Below are positions 19,813 through 29,251 of a stretch of DNA of 64,000 nt, in pieces. This stretch comes from Acaryochloridaceae cyanobacterium VAR_48_metabat_390 (lineage in GTDB: Bacteria; Cyanobacteriota; Cyanobacteriia; Thermosynechococcales; Thermosynechococcaceae). Both the position numbers and the translations under genes were made by a program. The notes below the pieces were generated by a model that worked only from the letters and a program-made list of their open reading frames with translations, did no database searches and was not told where the DNA came from. The stretch covers positions 81,431 to 145,430 of the forward strand of contig JANPLU010000128.1 of assembly GCA_031422435.1 (NCBI GenBank), read 5' to 3'. How positions within the stretch are numbered: the stretch's first letter is position 1; each line of letters begins with the position of its first letter.

Positions 19813-21111
19813 ATGAACATTACGCTTCAGCTTTTAATCATTGTTTTTCTACTGCTGGTGAATGCCTTTTTTGCCGCAGCCGAAATCTCGGTGGTAACGG
19901 CAAACGAAACCCGACTGCGGACTTTGGCAGAGCAAGGCGATCGCCGCGCCCGCCTGGTTGAAAGAATCACCCGTGACAGCACTCAGTTTTTAGCCACCAT
20001 TCAGGTGGGCATTACCCTTTCTAGCTTTTTTACCTCTGCCACTGCGGCTTCTCAGCTTGCAACCCCCTTGATAGGTTTACTAGAGCCATTTATGGGCGAA
20101 GCCGCCAGCTCTACCAGCCTTATTTTGGTGACGATTGGCATTGCTTTTGTGAGCCTCATCTTTGGGGAGCTGGTGCCTAAGCGGCTAGCACTCAAACATG
20201 CCGAGGCGATCGCCCTTGTGACGGTAGAGCCAATTTCTTGGCTCCAGCGGCTCACGTCTCCGGCGGTTAAGTTTTTGAGCTTTGTGACGACTTTAGTCTT
20301 AAAGCTCTTGGGCAGCCCCCCAGGGGAAGAAGATGCTGCTATCAACGTTGAAGAGATTAAGGCTCTGGTAAACGCGGCGCGGCTAGGTGGCACGGTTGGT
20401 ATGCAGGAACAGCGCATTATCTATGGCGCAGTGGAGCTAAGCAACCTCACGGTGCGCGCCATTATGGTGCCCCGCGTGAATTTGCAGTACATCAAAACCT
20501 CCGCCACCATCGAAGAAGCCTATCGAATGGCAGCGGAAACGGCTCATACGCGTCTGCCAGTCTGCGAAGAGGACTTAGACCATATTGTGGGCGTACTGCA
20601 CGCCAAAGACCTGATTCGTGCCCAGTCCTCTGAAGATAAAACGCCCGTCACAATTCGAGAGCTGATGCGTCCGGTGCGGTTTGTGCCAGAATCGAAGCCT
20701 GTGGCTGACCTGCTGCGAGAAATGCAGCAAAGCCGTCTGCATTTGGTGATTGTGACCGATGAGTTTGGCGGGACGGCAGGGCTTGTGACTCTAGAGGATG
20801 TGCTCGAAGAAATTGTGGGTGAAATCCGCGATGAGTATGATGCCGAAGAGGAGCGCGAGTTTCATCGAGTGGATGAATTTAGCGGCATTTTTAAGATCCG
20901 TGCCAGTCTTTCGGTGGTCAATAATGAGATGCATGTGCGTCTACCGCGAGAGGATGCGGCTACCATTGCAGGGCTATTTATGGAAGAGCTAGAGCAGGTG
21001 CCAGAACCGGGCGATCGCCTGGAGATAGGCGATGTGGTGCTAACAGTTTTAGAAGATGGACAGCGCGTGCAGGTGACGCTGATGCCGTCTCAAAATGAAG
21101 AAGGAGATTGA
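19813..21111 (+). CDS. hemolysin/CNNM family transporter (DUF21 + CBS + CorC_HlyC)
   Basis: NAFFAAAEIS, QVGITL, GELVPK and DEFGGTAGLVTLEDVLEEIVGEIRDEYD. Confidence 0.92.
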   Translation: MNITLQLLIIVFLLLVNAFFAAAEISVVTANETRLRTLAEQGDRRARLVERITRDSTQFLATIQVGITLSSFFTSATAASQLATPLIGLLEPFMGEAASSTSLILVTIGIAFVSLIFGELVPKRLALKHAEAIALVTVEPISWLQRLTSPAVKFLSFVTTLVLKLLGSPPGEEDAAINVEEIKALVNAARLGGTVGMQEQRIIYGAVELSNLTVRAIMVPRVNLQYIKTSATIEEAYRMAAETAHTRLPVCEEDLDHIVGVLHAKDLIRAQSSEDKTPVTIRELMRPVRFVPESKPVADLLREMQQSRLHLVIVTDEFGGTAGLVTLEDVLEEIVGEIRDEYDAEEEREFHRVDEFSGIFKIRASLSVVNNEMHVRLPREDAATIAGLFMEELEQVPEPGDRLEIGDVVLTVLEDGQRVQVTLMPSQNEEGD

Positions 21112-21272
21112 ATTTGAACGGGGATCTAGCTTTCAGTGACTTATATGCTTTTTCGTGCTGCTGTTCTGGTCAAATTTTTATGTTTTAATCGCGAATTCAG
21201 AGGTGATTTTCTACACTAAGTTTATTAAGACAAAATCTCTAGATTGAAAGCGTCTGAACCAGCAGGAGTTGA

Positions 21273-21887
21273 CTATTGGGTGAAGCTAGGGTTAGGAGAG
21301 ATTGTCTTAGGCTGAGGTGTTAAGACCGTAGAAGAGGGCCTCACAGAAATGTCCTCTTCTACGGGCGCTGTCTCTAGAAAATTGGTCATGTCTACATAAA
21401 GTGAGCTGCTACTCCGCGTCAATGGGCCACCCGCACGATTACGCGCATTTAATAAGTCCTTCAAAACCTCTTGCGGATTATCCTTTGGCTCAAGGGTTAA
21501 CAGTAGACCCTGGCAAGCACCGCCATATTCGTCGCTAACGCAGATGACGTTTTGAGCATTCATTTGACCAGCCGTGAGGTAAGCAAGGGCGCCTTCACTG
21601 TAGTATTTTTGGAATCGACGTGATACTTCTTCACAACGCTTAAGCGGCGTGTAGGAACTAGACTTACTAAAGTGAGTTGATTGCCATCGAATGACAGGGA
21701 TGTTTCCTCGTTTTGTACGAGCAAACGTTGTCGGAACCTTTTGAGCTGTTCCTGAAATTTGGCTCTGCCCACAGGAAAAACGCGTCGTTGGTTTCTCTTC
21801 CGCAAAACTAACGCGACCTAAAGAAATGGTTAGCAAAGAACTCATAATCACCATTCTCAGAACGGCTTTGAGCTGAGGTATTATCAT
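21273..21887 (-). CDS. COP23 domain-containing exported protein
   Basis: Signal peptide; FSC...PTT...VIRW...RCEEVSRRFQ...NVIC...LLLTL pattern. Confidence 0.85.
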   Translation of the reverse strand: MIIPQLKAVLRMVIMSSLLTISLGRVSFAEEKPTTRFSCGQSQISGTAQKVPTTFARTKRGNIPVIRWQSTHFSKSSSYTPLKRCEEVSRRFQKYYSEGALAYLTAGQMNAQNVICVSDEYGGACQGLLLTLEPKDNPQEVLKDLLNARNRAGGPLTRSSSSLYVDMTNFLETAPVEEDISVRPSSTVLTPQPKTISPNPSFTQ

Positions 21888-22159
21888 GGCAGTTAAAGCG
21901 TTATAAAGTAGAATTTATATCACGATTATAAACTGTCAATAACGCATTGAATATGCTCTGGCTTCTGCTTAAGATTATGAATTAAATAACCCACTCCTTT
22001 GACTGAGATGTATAGAGGTTCTGGGGAGAGGTTCAATATTTTTAATCAAATTTGGCTGGTGCTTAGCGGTTTTCAGCGCTATTTAGGCATTTTCTGGTAA
22101 GCTGTGTTCAGAAAATCATAAAGTAATACTTCAAAATTTAACAAGCGTTTTGTATACCC

Positions 22160-23263
22160 ATGTTAACGAAAGTCTTGTATGCAGATATTTTCAAAAAGTC
22201 TGTAAAACTTAATCATAAAAATACATTTCTTACTAAAGCCTTGCCCTTAGCAGCAGCTGCACTTTTAGGGAACCCTAGCCTAAACGCTGCCGCGCAGACT
22301 ATAGGCTTATCGTCTCAGTCCGTGTTGACCCATACGTCTGCCATTTCTACTCTGAGTGAAGGAAGTCATCAGGTGTCAGCATCTGAGTCGTGGGATACTT
22401 CGGCTACCGACTTAATGTTTTCATCCTCTGATTTGCACTCTGAAGAAGAAGTGCATTCAGCAGCGTCTGTTTCTGATTCGTTTGCTCAGTTGCCAGACCC
22501 AATACCGGACGCCGTTGGGCAGCCCCCGAGCTTAAGAACAGAGCCTACGTCCTCTGATGAGCTTCCCTTTCAAGTCAAAAAAAACCTGCTTCAGTCTTCT
22601 AGGCGGTATAGTCCGGGCATTAGCTATCTCACTCCTTCTGCCTACGGTAAATCCTTGGGGCAGTTTTCTGTAGGAGGCAGCTTTCAATCTAAGGTGCGCT
22701 TTAGATCTGAATCCGATGCGTTTTTGGGGGGAGGGTTCGGACTGGGAGATCCTCGTAAGGCGGTTGGGCTAGATGTGAGCGTTGGCATTGCCGATATCAC
22801 GACCTTCAAGCGCGGCACTATTGGATTTAAGGTTCATCGTCGGCTACCTGCTCAGTTTGCGATCGCCGTTGGTATTGACAATGCCATTACGTGGGGCAGG
22901 GTTGATGGCGCAATTAGCCCCTACGGAGTAGTGAGCAAAGCGTTTCAACTCAGAGAAGATCCTCGCGCACCCTTTAGCCAACTATATGTTTCAGCAGGCG
23001 CTGGGACGGGTCGCTATCGTTCTCAGGGTGATATTGTCAATCGTCGCGATAGCGTTGGAGTTTTTGGGAGCGTGGCCGTTCGCGTAGTTGAGCAGGTAAA
23101 CTTCATTACAGAATGGTCTGGACAAGATTTGACCTTGGGCGTTTCTATCTTGCCTTTTCCCAAGATTCCCCTAGTGTTTACCCCCGCTGTGACTGATGTA
23201 ACAGGAACAGCCGGAGACGGCCCACGTTTTACCATTGGTGTGGGCTATGGGTTCTCATTTTAA
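22160..23263 (+). CDS. putative outer-membrane beta-barrel protein
   Basis: Signal-like N-terminus, Ser-rich linker, Gly/aromatic alternating strands, C-terminal Phe (GVGYGFSF). Confidence 0.65.
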   Translation: MLTKVLYADIFKKSVKLNHKNTFLTKALPLAAAALLGNPSLNAAAQTIGLSSQSVLTHTSAISTLSEGSHQVSASESWDTSATDLMFSSSDLHSEEEVHSAASVSDSFAQLPDPIPDAVGQPPSLRTEPTSSDELPFQVKKNLLQSSRRYSPGISYLTPSAYGKSLGQFSVGGSFQSKVRFRSESDAFLGGGFGLGDPRKAVGLDVSVGIADITTFKRGTIGFKVHRRLPAQFAIAVGIDNAITWGRVDGAISPYGVVSKAFQLREDPRAPFSQLYVSAGAGTGRYRSQGDIVNRRDSVGVFGSVAVRVVEQVNFITEWSGQDLTLGVSILPFPKIPLVFTPAVTDVTGTAGDGPRFTIGVGYGFSF

Positions 23264-23299
23264 TGCGATTTTTTAGTGACTGGATAAGCCATAGATCTC

Positions 23300-24925
23300 A
23301 TGGATAAGCATTTCAGACAACAGATTGTCCAGTCTATTTCCCTAGGGCTTATGCTCACGATGGGGCTTGGTGGACTGACCAAAGGGGCGATCGCTCAAGT
23401 GATTGCCCAAAGCAGTGAAAGTCCTCCACCAATCACAGAGCCTCCGCCTGGTACAGAAATTCCGCCATCCCATACACTGCCCGGATTAGAAGATACGACC
23501 AGTCCCAATCCTAGCGAGATTGTTCCGAGTAATCCCGGCAACGCGGGTACCTCAGTAAAAACGCCTACCCTGACGGGTGATCCAGCTCAAATTATTGAGC
23601 AGCTAGAAACCTATCAATCCCAGCCCTACGCCACCTATCTCGGGCTAAACTTCTACGGCGAACTGACCAACGCCGACCAAATTTCTCATACCCTTCAGCA
23701 GCTTGCCAAAAAAACGGGGACGAATCCGGCTCTGGTTTACGTTTTGTCGACAGGCAAAGGCTTAAAGCTTGTTTTGGTTTTACCAGGAGAGACCACGGCA
23801 CCGTTTCCCTCTCGTTCCTGGCTTCCTGGATTAGATTTGCGACTTGCCTCAATGCAGCCTTGGAGAATTTTGGCACAAGCCGTTCAGCCCAACAGCCCTG
23901 TACCCCCAAAGCTGATTTCCTATGAGGTGCCTAGCGCAACGTCTGCGACGCTAAAACGCACAATCAAAACCTTTCGCAGCCAAATTAGCGATCCTCAAAA
24001 AACAAATTCCACCAGCTATCAAGCCTCTGCCCAGCAGCTTTACGCCTGGATTATTGCCCCACTCCAGTCGACCCTAGAGGCGAGACGCATTGATACCTTA
24101 GTCTTTAGCCTAGACAAAGGGTTTAGGGCAATGCCGATTGCTGCGCTCTACGACGGTAAGCAATTTTTGGTTGAGAAATATAACCTAGCGCTGATTCCGA
24201 GCTTTAGCCTGACCGATACGCGCTTTCAAGATATCAAGAGCAGCAAAATGCTGGGCATGGGCATTTCCCAGTCCGCCGGAGGGCTGCCCGCGCTGCCTGC
24301 TGTTTCGGTGGAAGTGCCAACCTTAACTGAAAAAATTTGGCAGGGCAGTGGGTATCTTGACCAGCAGGTTACACTAGCGCAGTTTCAGTCTTTGGCTCAG
24401 CGAGAGCAGTTTGGGATTGTTCATCTCGCAACCCATGCAGAGTTTAATCCAGGCAACCTTAACGAATCTTTCATTCAGTTTTGGGATGGAAGACTGACGC
24501 TCTCAAAGCTGCGAACCATTGCGCTGAGTCAAAAATGGAATTCAAACCCAACCCTGGAGATGTTAGTGCTGAGTGCCTGTCAAACGGCACTGGGCAGCGA
24601 CCAGGCCGAGCTAGGCTTTACGGGGCTTGCGGTTCAAACTGGGGTCAAAACTGCCATTGGCAGCCTATGGTCTATTAGTGACGAAGGCACGCTGGGTTTG
24701 ATGAGCGAATTTTATCGCAATCTTAAGACAGCGCCTATTCGGGCGGCGGCACTGCGAGATGCCCAGCTTAGCTTATTGAGAGGCCAGGTTAGCGTTGCCA
24801 ATGGTCAGCTAAAGTTGACCGACGGATCTGAGGTTGCACTGCCCAGAGGAAGTACGCAAAACAGCGTCAACCTTACGCACCCGTACTTCTGGGCGGCCTA
24901 TACCGTTGTTGGCAATTGGAACTAA
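23300..24925 (+). CDS. exported CHAT-domain (caspase-like) protein
   Basis: Signal peptide; VHLATHAEF, VLSACQTALG, SLWSISD and HPYFWAAYTVVGNW. Confidence 0.93.
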   Translation: MDKHFRQQIVQSISLGLMLTMGLGGLTKGAIAQVIAQSSESPPPITEPPPGTEIPPSHTLPGLEDTTSPNPSEIVPSNPGNAGTSVKTPTLTGDPAQIIEQLETYQSQPYATYLGLNFYGELTNADQISHTLQQLAKKTGTNPALVYVLSTGKGLKLVLVLPGETTAPFPSRSWLPGLDLRLASMQPWRILAQAVQPNSPVPPKLISYEVPSATSATLKRTIKTFRSQISDPQKTNSTSYQASAQQLYAWIIAPLQSTLEARRIDTLVFSLDKGFRAMPIAALYDGKQFLVEKYNLALIPSFSLTDTRFQDIKSSKMLGMGISQSAGGLPALPAVSVEVPTLTEKIWQGSGYLDQQVTLAQFQSLAQREQFGIVHLATHAEFNPGNLNESFIQFWDGRLTLSKLRTIALSQKWNSNPTLEMLVLSACQTALGSDQAELGFTGLAVQTGVKTAIGSLWSISDEGTLGLMSEFYRNLKTAPIRAAALRDAQLSLLRGQVSVANGQLKLTDGSEVALPRGSTQNSVNLTHPYFWAAYTVVGNWN

Positions 24926-24940
24926 GCTGGAGCGCTAAAT

Positions 24941-25660
24941 TTAGGGACAAGACTGGAGGCTAAGCCGAGTTTCTTTTACAAGATCGCACCAGTCACGACT
25001 GAGCTGTAAATCTTGAGGCTGTTCTTGTCGCCGAACCGCTAAGTCATGGATGGCATCGTACCAAAATCCTTCCTCTGCATAGGCATCATAAAGATTTGCT
25101 CGATCAATTTTGTTTTGTAAGGACGCAGGATATGCCGTGCGCGTTATGACGCCTTGAATGCTCAGTTGCGATCCATCTGCGCTGTCGTCGTCGGGGTCTG
25201 ATGTTTTAGAGCAAAGCAGCGTCACCCGCCAAAGATATTCTTGGCCTACCTCCAGTGCTGTAAGTTCTCCATTGTCGGGAAAGGTAAAGCTGTCAAGAGG
25301 ATTGTCTGCTGCTAATTGCAGTGTTTTGCTGTACAAGGGTATCGCTTCAGGGGCTGAATTTTGACTAGGGTACAAGTCAATCCGCGCCCATGCAAATCTG
25401 TGATTGTTAAGATACCAGTAAATCGTCGGATACGCTGCGATTGTCTGTCCGTAGTTAGACGTAGGCAAGATTGGCTCAAAGGCAAACTGCTCTGTCATGC
25501 AGCTAGAGCGAGTTGCGCCCCCTTGACGACCTTGAGGGCGCTGTATGTTTTGAGGCGGGCGATACCGAGTGGCAAAACTTGGCAAGATGGCGCAGGTTAT
25601 TTCTAGAACCGCAAAAGCTGCCGCTGCTATTTTGAGCAGGCCATTGTTAGGGATCATCAT
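24941..25660 (-). CDS. DUF928 domain exported protein
   Basis: GGATR, YPTIYWY, YLWRVTLLC and YAEEGFWYDAI motifs. Confidence 0.88.
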   Translation of the reverse strand: MMIPNNGLLKIAAAAFAVLEITCAILPSFATRYRPPQNIQRPQGRQGGATRSSCMTEQFAFEPILPTSNYGQTIAAYPTIYWYLNNHRFAWARIDLYPSQNSAPEAIPLYSKTLQLAADNPLDSFTFPDNGELTALEVGQEYLWRVTLLCSKTSDPDDDSADGSQLSIQGVITRTAYPASLQNKIDRANLYDAYAEEGFWYDAIHDLAVRRQEQPQDLQLSRDWCDLVKETRLSLQSCP

Positions 25661-25744
25661 TTTGGATCATTCCTTTCGACCCTTGTGTCAAAGCGCATGA
25701 TGAGCCGAAGCAGGCGTTTACGGAGTTATGGACGTGGCGATCGC

Positions 25745-26242
25745 CTACATTGTGCCGCTGCTGCTCAAAAATTCTTTCGTGACATTCTCTAACAAACCAC
25801 TACAGGCATCCAGCAGCAGATCGATCACGTGATCAAAGCCATCCGTGCCACCGTAGTAGGGATCGGGGACTTCGGTTTCTGGCGATCGCCGACAAAAGTC
25901 GCACATGAGACGAACTTTGCTGCGATCGCTTCCAGTCCGCTCACGCGCTAAAAGCGTGCGGTAGTTCTCGTCATCCATTGCCAGAATGAGATCAAACTGC
26001 TCAAAGTCCGCTGGCTCTACTTTACGGCTGTGGCCTGTGAGGGCAATACCCTGGCGATAAGCTGCTGCCGTCATGCGGGGGTCAGGGGGTTCGTTGATGT
26101 GGTAGCCGCTGGTGCCTGCGGAATCACAGATAATCTGCCCTTCTAAGCCTGCCTGCTGAATCAAGTGGTTCATGATGCCTTCGGCGGAGGGTGATCGACA
26201 GATATTACCCAAACACACAAACAAAAGCTTAACCGTCGCCAT
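25745..26242 (-). CDS. low-molecular-weight protein-tyrosine phosphatase
   Basis: VCLGNICRSP P-loop and VPDPYYG. Confidence 0.95.
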   Translation of the reverse strand: MATVKLLFVCLGNICRSPSAEGIMNHLIQQAGLEGQIICDSAGTSGYHINEPPDPRMTAAAYRQGIALTGHSRKVEPADFEQFDLILAMDDENYRTLLARERTGSDRSKVRLMCDFCRRSPETEVPDPYYGGTDGFDHVIDLLLDACSGLLENVTKEFLSSSGTM

Positions 26243-26263
26243 CTTTATTACTAGCCTAATTTT

Positions 26264-27760
26264 TTAGACATTCGCTTCAAAAATTTGGGGCACAAAGCAC
26301 CCATGTAAACCATAGGGGACATGATGGGTCAAATGTAAGCGGGCGATGGGGCCTTTTTCAAGAGCCTGATTATCTAAGATGGCAACATCGGTACGGTGAT
26401 GGGCAGAATCGTAGAGCAAGGCAAGGATCCAACCCGCATCTTCAGCCGTGCCCTGGGGTTTTGCCACAAACAGCGGCTCGCTCATAAAGCCGTTGGGTGC
26501 AGCACTCCAAATCGTTTGAGCGCGTGAGTTAAGGTCTAACTTCATAATGGACTGAAGCGGGGCGTTGCCCATAGGTTCGTGGGTGGTGCCTATGGTTACA
26601 AATTGGTAAGGACGGCCTGCGTTTTTCGGGTTGAGGGTAGGGAACTCGCAGCAGCGGGTCGTAATGACCTCACGCTCAACGGTTTTAGCACTGAGGTTGA
26701 TCCGAAAGCGCCAGAATTGACCTTCGGGAAGCGTCGTGAAATCAACGTCTCGAAAGTTTTGGTCGGGGTCAACAGTCGGAAAATTCTCGTAGCAAATGGA
26801 GTCAATGAAGAGGGTGTCGCCGTCTTCGTAGGCATTGGCGTGGTGGAAGACAAAGCAGGAGGCGGTCTCAAAGGTTTGCACCTTCCCTTCGCCACGGGGC
26901 ATCACCCAAACCCGCGTGGGCTGGTCGGCTTTGAAGTCTATGCACTGGCCTGCACCGCGAAACCCAAACACAAACGGGAAAGGATTGAGGGTGACAGGGT
27001 TTTGGAAAAAGATGTAGTAGTGGGGGGTAATGACAAAATCATGAATAAAGGCAAAACCAGGAATGTTGAAGGTTTTTTGCTGGATTAGATTGCCCTTAAG
27101 GTTTAGCTCATGCACCGTCACCTCGGTCGATAGCCCCGTTTTGAGAGAGAAATTGACCAGAACGGGGTCTTGTCCGGCGACCCCTGGATCGATGCGAGGG
27201 TGAGCAGACCAGGAATCGCTGGGCTTAAGGATATCGCCGACGGTGCTGGTGCCGAGGGTTTCTAGGGTGGCGGGGTCTAGGGCATGGGGCAGTCCGGCTT
27301 CCCAGAGGGCAAGAAGGCGATCGCCCCAATACACCACATTGGTATTTGCAATGTTCTTCACCTTCAGGTCAAACAGATTTGCCAGCCAGCCACCGGGTTT
27401 CTGGGTACCAAACACCCCACGATACAAAATCTTGCCCGCCGCTGATTCGGCTAAAAAGCCCTCGGTGCGGACGTAGCGATTGCGGAAGGTGGCCTTGCCA
27501 TTCTTAAACGTAATGGCGCAGACCATGCCATCCCCATCAAAGGGATGCTGGAGTGGCGTGCCGTTAATGTCGAGTTTGCCTGGGCCATTGCGAAACAGCG
27601 TCCCCTCTAAATCAGCAGGGATTTCCCCTTCAATATTTTCGATAGCGTAGCTGTGCTCTGTATTAAGAGATTCATAGCCCCGCTGCCAGTCCGTCACGCG
27701 ATAGGAAGCAGCGGCAGCCGTTGGACGAGTATCAATAGAAGTCATGGGGTTAACGCTCAA
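26264..27760 (-). CDS. carotenoid cleavage oxygenase (apocarotenoid oxygenase type)
   Basis: RNGPG, HPFDGDG and four iron-binding His (SAHP, FIHDF, FHHAN, GLHG). Confidence 0.93.
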   Translation of the reverse strand: MSVNPMTSIDTRPTAAAASYRVTDWQRGYESLNTEHSYAIENIEGEIPADLEGTLFRNGPGKLDINGTPLQHPFDGDGMVCAITFKNGKATFRNRYVRTEGFLAESAAGKILYRGVFGTQKPGGWLANLFDLKVKNIANTNVVYWGDRLLALWEAGLPHALDPATLETLGTSTVGDILKPSDSWSAHPRIDPGVAGQDPVLVNFSLKTGLSTEVTVHELNLKGNLIQQKTFNIPGFAFIHDFVITPHYYIFFQNPVTLNPFPFVFGFRGAGQCIDFKADQPTRVWVMPRGEGKVQTFETASCFVFHHANAYEDGDTLFIDSICYENFPTVDPDQNFRDVDFTTLPEGQFWRFRINLSAKTVEREVITTRCCEFPTLNPKNAGRPYQFVTIGTTHEPMGNAPLQSIMKLDLNSRAQTIWSAAPNGFMSEPLFVAKPQGTAEDAGWILALLYDSAHHRTDVAILDNQALEKGPIARLHLTHHVPYGLHGCFVPQIFEANV

Positions 27761-27775
27761 AGAGGATTGATGAAT

Positions 27776-29187
27776 TTAGGGTGCTGTATCTGAGACAAGG
27801 CGAATGTGGGCTTCTAATTCTGCTTCCGCCAGCAGCACTTCAGAAGAAACGCTGAAGTCATGAACAGCTACGGACTGATCCGCATCAGAACTGCCGTTAG
27901 GAACCCAGTGCAGCATCGGTAAAGGCAAAAGCGTTGCCAGATTTGTAATCAGCACCAACTGCCAAAGGTTTTCAAAATGGGTGTCCGTTACGCCTAGCCA
28001 GTGCGTCAACAGCGCACCAGACTCATGGGATAAAATTCCGGCGAGGTTGCAGATAGACATCAAAATGGCAAACATGGTCGCCTCAACCCCTGGAGGACAA
28101 AGCTGCGCTGCCAAAATTAAGACGGGCATAAACGCAATTTGCCCCATCACCGTCAAAATCAAGCTATCGCCCAAGCTGAACCACTGGTCGGCAATGCCTA
28201 GCGCGCGGTTGGCGTGGGTCACTAAAATTAGGCTCGTTAGACCCAGCACGACAGAAATTACGGTACTCCATAGAAAAATCTGACGTAGGGGCACCGCCTT
28301 GAGAAATCGCTGAAACGTCCAAACGCCCAGGAGCGAGGCAATACTTGTCACTAGCCGCACGCGCCCTAAAAACTCTGGGCCAAACCCGAGATCGTTGGTG
28401 GTAAAGAAGAAAAAGGCAGAATCTGAGCTAGGCGTTGCCTGCCATAAAAACACAAACAAAACGGGCAGCCAGATGGTTTTTTGGCTAATTGCCACTCTAA
28501 TTTTCTGGAGCTGTGCCTTTGCTGCTCCAAAGTCTTGAGGCATGGCAATCTTGGCATCCTGAATCAGGGTTGCCGTAATCAATACCAGCAGCGGAAAGCT
28601 CGCCGTAATTAAAAAGATATTGCGGATACTCAGATGCTCTAGCAAAAAGCCGCTGAGATACGCCGTTACCAATCCCCCCAGCGCTGTCGTTGCCCAGCAC
28701 AGTGCCTGAAGCGAGCCTGTGTCGGCTTGAGACTCGTCTCGGATCCGCTCCACCACAATGGAATCGACGATCACGTCACTTACGGCGATCGCCAAGGAAC
28801 ACAGCGTAATGGTAACGGTTGCGGCAAGCGCAGAATGCACCACCGTCCCCATTGCGGCCCAGGCACCACAGCCCAGAATGCTGGAGATGAGAAGGTAGGA
28901 GCGACGACGATAGCCAAAAATCGGCAGGCTGTCAGACAAAAAGCCAAAGACAGGCTTAATCACCCACGGTAGAGACACCACACCCATCATGGCGGCAACC
29001 TCAGCGGGGGAAAGCCCCAGCTCATCCTTTAAGAAAAAGCTGGTGGCAAGACGCGCTAAGCCTAAAATGCCCTGGACAAAGTAAACCACCAAAATGGCAA
29101 ATAGCTCCCAGCTTGGTTCTTGACCAAAAAGGAGCGTTACTTGAGGGTCACTTTGAGCCGAGGTAAGTCTGGTGCAAATGCAGCCAT
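27776..29187 (-). CDS. folate/biopterin (BT1) MFS transporter, apparently frameshifted near its N-terminus
   Basis: YFVQG, PWVIKPVFGFLSD..PIFGYRRRSYL and LCPPGVEAT; main frame has only a TTG at 29092; upstream ATG 29187 is in another frame ending at TAA 29137-29139. Confidence 0.85.
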
Positions 29188-29251
29188 TATTGAGGATCGT
29201 TAATAAATATCAACTTTCTTATCATACCCCTGTCGCTAGATGGGGTGGTGA

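Noticed and set aside
26579..27088. 169-aa plus-strand ORF
   Set aside because: Antisense to the carotenoid oxygenase gene
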